Made by a program: the position numbers and the translations under genes. Positions 1 through 5,090 of a stretch of DNA of 5,090 nt are shown here, piece after piece. Numbering within the stretch: position 1 is the stretch's first letter; each line of letters starts with the position of its first letter. This DNA is from Octopus sinensis (Eukaryota): contig NW_021830142.1 in NCBI RefSeq assembly GCF_006345805.1, forward strand, positions 1-5,090, in the 5' to 3' direction. The notes under the pieces were generated by a model, which saw only the letters and a list, made by a program, of their open reading frames with translations, was not told the DNA's origin and made no database searches.

Positions 1-133
1 AGAAAATGAGAGAGAGACTGAGAGAAAGAAAGACAGACTGACCGTGAGAAAGCTAGGGACAAAAAGATGATTAATTATATTTTGTTAAAGTTGGATGAGT
101 TTAAGCTGAGATTGAAAGAGAAAGAGAGAAAGA
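1..133. repeat. Purine-rich low-complexity flank with degenerate (AG)n patches
   Basis: agagagagactgagagaaagaaagacagac at the start and agagaaaagagagaaagac near 116-134. Confidence 0.5.
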
Positions 134-373
134 CAAGGGAAGAGAAATATTTTGCGATTCACAATCTGATTTACAGTTATCAATATGTTTATTTATTTCC
201 CTTTGTTGTATAGACTTGAGGGAGTTTCCAGTAATAAGTTGCCATCCATCATGTCTGCGAAAGAGAAATAAAGAAAACTGAATCAATATTACCAGAATAT
301 TTCAGAATATTGGTTAGAAACGAAAATTTAATATTTCAGTACAGAACAAAATATGCATACAATTAGATTTGCT

Positions 374-377
<4 letters not shown>

Positions 378-443
<66 letters not shown>
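378..443. repeat. (TG)33 microsatellite
   Basis: Perfect dinucleotide run read directly. Confidence 0.98.
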
Positions 444-444
<1 letters not shown>

Positions 445-449
445 ATGCA

Positions 450-451
450 GG

Positions 452-521
<70 letters not shown>
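450..521. repeat. GATA array 1: GGTA(GATA)17, at the 3' end of copy A
   Basis: Read directly; pure apart from the leftmost GGTA. Confidence 0.98.
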
Positions 522-527
522 TGTTTC

Positions 528-533
528 TTTATT
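528..533 (-). terminator. AATAAA polyadenylation signal of copy A
   Basis: TTTATT on + strand, 6 nt from the element/repeat junction; same position in all three copies. Confidence 0.7.
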
Positions 534-785
534 AGCCACACAGGGCTGCACACAGATAGAACAAATTACAAGGTAGAGCTTTTCTTTTGAAGGTATTAAA
601 AAAAAAAAAAAAAAAAAAGGAAGGGGGAGGTTCGATCAAAAGGGATCGTAAAAGGAGAGAAAGAGGACAAAAATAAGGGGGGTTAAAAAAAAAAAAAAAA
701 AAAAAAGGGGGGGAGAGGAAAAAAAATGATCAATAGGATCGTTATCACAGAAATGTCAATATGAAGTGTAAAGGGGAGGACAGGT

Positions 786-835
786 GAGGTTTACCCGTGG
801 AAAGAAAAGCCTGCGGAAAAGACCACGGTAACCTC
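786..835 (-). other. 3' UTR inverted repeat (13-bp stem, two 1-nt bulges, 22-nt loop)
   Basis: GAGGTTTACCCGTGG (786-800) pairs with CCACGGTAACCTC (823-835). Same in B at 2455-2469 and 2492-2504; left arm in C at 5068-5081. Confidence 0.75.
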
Positions 836-919
836 GGTCAATGAAGTCACATTTTATATTTCTTTTTTTTTAATATTTTTTTTTGCAAATAAGCAACTCT
901 CTGTTTTCGATTTCTGGGT

Positions 920-1621
920 TCATAGGACTATGCTCAAGGTGGCTTCGTCATTCATACGTGCCATTCTTGCTACATTCACCCATCTTTTTTTAAAACATTC
1001 GCTAGACAAAACTTGCCTCTCTACTCTCACTTTCCTTTTCAAGTGGTACTTGAAGAAGTTGATGAGAGATTGACCAGAGAGGAAAGTGTTTGTCTCCAAT
1101 CCTTTCAGACGCGTCCACCAGATACATTCTTTCGCCATAGCCACAAGGATGATGAAAATAGCTCTTCCTTCCCGTTTGAAGGAAGGAGGCGTGACAATAT
1201 TGACGATAGACTCAGCTGATAAACCGACTCGTCCCACACGTGACAGCAGTTGTTCGACATAAGCCCACAGGTCGGAAATTGTTGGACACTGAACGAGTGC
1301 GTGCAGAACGGTTTCGTCGCTCTGACCGCATCTCGGACAGGTCGGCCCCGTGTTTCTCGAGCCGTGTCTGTAGAGCTTATCCCGAACGGGTAGCGCTTCT
1401 CGGTAGCACTGCCAGGCCAGGGATCTCTGGAAGTTGTCCATGGGCCCTGGCCCGAAAGTCGTCCCGAACAGGCGGGTCAGGTACTCCTCGTCGACGTCCA
1501 GGTTCGCCCCGAGCTCGTCGTCGTACCTCCCCTCCACTAAACCCCTATAGAATGCTTTGGTTGTGTTGAAGTCACTTAAGGTCGACCCAGGATGGCAGAG
1601 TTGCTTGAGAGCAACGCGACA
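920..1621 (-). pseudogene. ORF2 C-terminal fragment of copy A (233 aa, uninterrupted, no start or RT domain)
   Basis: Last 234 codons of ORF 920..2230 (CRVALKQ...DEATLSIVL*). CX2CX8HX4C zinc knuckle at 1286-1339, typical of L1/Tx1 ORF2 C-termini. Confidence 0.88.
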
Positions 1622-1726
1622 GATAGATAGGTAGATAGATAGATAGATAGATAGATAGATGGATGGATAGATAGATAGATAAGATAGATAGATAGATAGA
1701 TAGGTAGATAGATAGATAGATGGATG

Positions 1727-1767
<41 letters not shown>

Positions 1768-1816
1768 GTAGATAGATAGATAGATAGATAGGTAGATAGA
1801 TAGATAGATAGATAGG

Positions 1817-1851
<35 letters not shown>

Positions 1852-1852
1852 G

Positions 1853-1889
<37 letters not shown>

Positions 1890-1894
1890 GGATG

Positions 1895-1950
<56 letters not shown>

Positions 1951-1952
1951 TG

Positions 1953-2014
<62 letters not shown>

Positions 2015-2027
2015 TATAGAGAAATAC

Positions 2028-2086
<59 letters not shown>

Positions 2087-2087
2087 C

Positions 2088-2125
<38 letters not shown>

Positions 2126-2198
2126 GTAGATAGATAGATAGAGAAATACAGATAGATAGATAGATAGATAGATGGATAGATAGATAGATAGATAGATA
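1622..2198. repeat. GATA array 2 (577 bp), interrupted, between A's 5' end and B's 3' end
   Basis: GATA units with GGTA, GATG, TGTA, TATA and GACA variants and GAGAAATACA at 2019-2028 and 2141-2150. Confidence 0.98.
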
Positions 2199-2204
2199 TG
2201 TTTC

Positions 2205-2210
2205 TTTATT
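2205..2210 (-). terminator. AATAAA polyadenylation signal of copy B
   Basis: As for copy A. Confidence 0.7.
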
Positions 2211-2589
2211 AGCCACACAGGGCTGCACACAGATAGAACAAATTACAAGGTAGAGCTTTTCTTTTGAAGGTTTAAAAAAAAAAAAAAAAAAAGGAAGGGG
2301 GGAGTTTCGATCAAAAGGGATCGTAAAAGGAGAGAAAGAGGACAAAAAAAAGGGGGTGTTAAAAAAAAAAAAAAGGGGGAGAGGAAAAAAAAATTGATCA
2401 ATAGGGATCGTTATCACAGAAATGTCAATATGAAGTGTAAAGGGGAGGACAGGTGAGGTTTACCCGTGGAAAGAAAAGCCTACGGAAAAGACCACGGTAA
2501 CCTCGGTCAATGAAGTCACATTTTATATTTCTTTTTTTTTTTTTTTTTTTTTTTGCAAATAAGCAACTCTCTGTTTTCGATTTCTGGGT

Positions 2590-4403
2590 TCATAGGACTA
2601 TGCTCAAGGTGGCTTCGTCATTCATACGTGCCATTCTTGCTACATTCACCCATCTTTTTTTGAAACATTCGCTAGACAAAACTTGCCTCTCTACTCTCAC
2701 TTTCCTTTTCAAGTGGTACTTGAAGAAGTTGATGAGAGATTGACCAGAGAGGAAAGTGTTTGTCTCCAATCCTTTCAGACGCGTCCACAGATACATTCTT
2801 CTTTCGCCATAGCCACAAGGATGATGAAAATAGCTCTTCCTTCCCGTTTGAAGGAAAGAGGCGTGACAATATTGACGATAGACTCAGCTGATAAACCGAC
2901 TCGTCCCACACGTGACAGCAGTTGTTCGACATAAGCCCACAGGTCGGAAATTGTTGGACACTGAACGAGTGCGTGCAGAACGGTTTCGTCGCTCTGACCG
3001 CATCTCGGGCAGGTCGGCCCCGTGTTTCTCGAGCCGTGTCTGTAGAGCTTATCCCGAACGGGTAGCGCTTCTCGGTAGCACTGCCAGGCCAGGGATCTCT
3101 GGAAGTTGTCCATGGGCCCTGGCCCGAAAGTCGTCCCGAACAGGCGGGTCAGGTACTCCTCGTCGACGTCCAGGTTCGCCCCGAGCTCGTCGTCGTACCT
3201 CCCCTCCACTAAACCCCTATAGAATGCTTTGGTTGTGTTGAAGTCACTTAAGGTCGACCCAGGACGGCAGAGTTGCTTGAGAGCAACGCGACACTCGCGG
3301 TGCCATTCGCCCTTCCTCGGCCTCTTTTTGATCCACGACTGCAGTTCGGTCATGGAGACGAGCTGCGGGAAAGCGTGCCTCACAAACGGCGACCACACCT
3401 GTTCACCGTCGTCTACATAGAGCCAGAGATGTCGCAGTCTCAGCGCGTGTCTGCGCATCATCAACCACGGCATGCCCAGCCCTCCTTTTAACGGGTGTTG
3501 ACAGCAAATGGATCGCCTGACCATCGGGACGCATCCTTTCCACAAGAAGCGAAAGAGGATGCGTTGTAGTTTGGTGATGGTAGGGTCGGGACAAGGTACG
3601 ACGGTCAGGCGGTAGTAGATGACGGACGCGATGTACGTGTTCGCCACCTCCGCTCGACCTTTTAGGGACAGTTTCCTCTCGGCCCATTGCCGGGCGAGAT
3701 GACCACCCTACTCGTTATCTCGTTCCAGTTCTTCTCCACTTGGAGGTCCGGACCAAACCAGACCCCGAGCAACTCAACCGGGCCGTCGGTCCAGCGTCCC
3801 ACGACGGGGCGCTGGTGGACGGCATGGGCTTGCTTCTCCAGGTGCCTAGTCGCAAGCCCACTGACTTTTCCCGGTTGATTTTCGCTCCTGTCACCGCTTC
3901 GTAGTTTTTCAGTGTCTCACCGACCAGCTCGATGTGCTCGTGGCTAGACACTATGACGGTGACGTCGTCCGCGTATGCAGACACGCTCGTCCCGCATCCC
4001 AATTCTCGCGGGATGCCCCTTAGAGTCGCCAGCTTCCGCAGTAGTGGCTCAGAGTCAATACGTATAGAAGCGCCGAGAGGGGGCATCCCTGACGGACCGA
4101 ACGTGCAATGTCGAAAGGTCGCGATAGATGTCCATTTACGCGAATTACCGAACGGATGCCTCTGTACAAGGCAGCTATCCAGCCGCGGAAGACGGGACCG
4201 AAACCAGCCGCTCTCAGGACTGCCTCCAAGTATCGATGGTCTACCCTATCAAAGGCTTTCGATTGATCCAAGTTGATCAGGGCCCCACCCATGCCAGGTT
4301 CGTTAACTACCCTGTCTATGATGTAGCGCATCAGATGGAGGTTGTCATGGATGGTCCGGCCTGGCACGGCGCATGTTTGCGCCTTGTCGACCAGTTTCTC
4401 GAT
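2590..4403 (-). pseudogene. ORF2 fragment of copy B (about 600 aa after frame correction): reverse transcriptase to C-terminal zinc knuckle; endonuclease domain absent
   Basis: [14 protein letters not shown]; LDQSKAFD (4248-4271); QGCPLS (4074-4091); YADD (3964-3975); GAKINREKS; FLWKG...GGLGMP; CX2CX8HX4C (2958-3011). Joined across four -1 frameshifts near 4051, 3807, 3699 and 2788 with no in-frame stops. The Tx1 assignment rests on motif resemblance, not a phylogeny. Confidence 0.92.
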
Positions 4404-4426
4404 GTAGATAGATAGATAGATGGATG

Positions 4427-4467
<41 letters not shown>

Positions 4468-4489
4468 GTAGATAGGTAGATAGATAGAT

Positions 4490-4525
<36 letters not shown>

Positions 4526-4589
4526 GTAGATAGATAGATAGATAGGTAGATAGATAGATAGATAGGTAGATAGATAGATAGAGAAATAC

Positions 4590-4631
<42 letters not shown>

Positions 4632-4655
4632 GTAGATAGATAGATAGAGAAATAC

Positions 4656-4698
<43 letters not shown>

Positions 4699-4699
4699 C

Positions 4700-4733
<34 letters not shown>

Positions 4734-4790
4734 GTAGATAGATAGATAGATAGATAGGTAGATAGATAGATAGAGAAATACAGATAGATA
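4404..4790. repeat. GATA array 3 (387 bp), interrupted, between B's 5' end and C's 3' end
   Basis: GATA units with GGTA, GATG and GACA variants and GAGAAATACA at 4581-4590, 4647-4656 and 4773-4782. Confidence 0.98.
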
Positions 4791-4861
4791 TGTTTCTTTA
4801 TTAGCCACACAGGGCTGCACACAGATAGAACAAATTACAAGGTAGAGCTTTTCTTTTGAAG

Positions 4862-4899
<38 letters not shown>

Positions 4900-4956
4900 G
4901 AGTTTCGATCAAAAGGGATCGTAAAAGGAGAGAAAGAGGACAAAAAAAAAGGGGGG

Positions 4957-4992
<36 letters not shown>

Positions 4993-5090
4993 GAGAGGAA
5001 AAAAAATTGATCAATAGGGATCGTTATCACAGAAATGTCAATATGAAGTGTAAAGGGGAGGACAGGTGAGGTTACCCGTGGAAAGAAAAG
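4791..5090 (-). mobile_element. Tx1-like LINE, copy C: 3' UTR only, continues beyond the window
   Basis: Matches the 3' UTR of A (522-810) and B (2199-2479) apart from homopolymer-associated differences; same AATAAA-GAAACA-(TATC)n end. Confidence 0.92.
4797..4802 (-). terminator. AATAAA polyadenylation signal of copy C
   Basis: As for copy A. Confidence 0.7.

Larger units (their letters stand above)
522..1621 (-). mobile_element. Tx1-like LINE, copy A: 5'-truncated, 1.1 kb (ORF2 C-terminus plus 3' UTR)
   Basis: Aligns to copy B 2199-3293. Encodes the [18 protein letters not shown] knuckle and the ORF2 stop (TGA, 920-922). Ends in AATAAA-GAAACA then (TATC)n. Similarity to B stops at 1621, where the GATA array begins. 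Confidence 0.93.
2199..4403 (-). mobile_element. Tx1-like LINE, copy B: 5'-truncated within the RT domain, 2.2 kb
   Basis: RT motifs, post-RT region, knuckle, stop at 2590-2592 and the same 3' UTR as A and C. Bounded by GATA arrays on both sides. Confidence 0.95.

Noticed and set aside
101-286. 61-aa minus-strand ORF in the left flank
   Set aside because: Short, low-complexity and without motifs.
314-553. YLSI/TH-repeat ORFs (also 363..551, 1572..2417, 4331..4822)
   Set aside because: Translations of (TATC)n, (CA)n and homopolymer runs.
598-706. A runs as poly(A) tails of plus-strand retrocopies
   Set aside because: They sit at fixed internal positions in all three copies and are U tracts in the minus-strand 3' UTR.
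522-800. 3' UTR variants as independent proof that B is closer to C than to A
   Set aside because: B and C share about four variants against A, but A and B share about two against C, and nearly all adjoin error-prone homopolymers.
450-1640. Target-site duplication for copy A
   Set aside because: Both flanks are GATA repeats, so a short duplication cannot be distinguished.
2019-2028. GAGAAATACA as an inverted remnant of the element's end (AGAAACA)
   Set aside because: The match is short and in the opposite orientation; degenerate GATA units explain it equally well.
920-2230. 436-aa ORF fusing YLSI repeats to the zinc-knuckle region
   Set aside because: (TATC)n has no stop codon in any frame, so the LINE frame extends through the array automatically. 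Not evidence of a fusion protein.
1013-4415. Plus-strand ORFs (1013..1219, 1240..1569, 2683..2934, 2912..3241, 3229..3420, 3273..3491, 3687..3878, 3932..4276, 4128..4415)
   Set aside because: Antisense shadows of a GC-rich coding region with no recognisable motifs.
4020-5030. 336-aa ORF fusing 3' UTR, YLSI repeats and the RT N-terminal part
   Set aside because: Same artefact; only 4403-4053 is real RT sequence.
450-5090. Three repeated 3' UTR blocks as LTRs or a CRISPR-like repeat-spacer array
   Set aside because: The RT is of non-LTR type, the repeats are 3' ends followed by nested lengths of the same ORF, and there are no TG..CA termini, spacers or cas genes.

Overview
Eukaryotic repeat-rich DNA with no host gene. 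After about 375 bp of AT-rich flank and a (TG)33 microsatellite, the window is a head-to-tail cluster of three minus-strand copies of one non-LTR retrotransposon. The family looks L1-superfamily, Tx1-like, with RT motifs LDQSKAFD, QGCPLS and YADD and a C-terminal CX2CX8HX4C knuckle. Copy A (522-1621) and copy B (2199-4403) are 5'-truncated at different points; only the 3' UTR of copy C (4791->5090) is in view. Every copy ends AATAAA-GAAACA and runs straight into (TATC)n with no poly(A) tail, and both visible 5' ends also abut (GATA)n. The best reading is a young GATA-microsatellite-targeting LINE whose tail is also its target. The arrays beside B and C share an ordered pattern of variant units, and the shared pattern starts exactly at B's 5' junction, suggesting B plus its array is a local copy of C plus its array. 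Host species and novelty relative to repeat databases cannot be established from this sequence.
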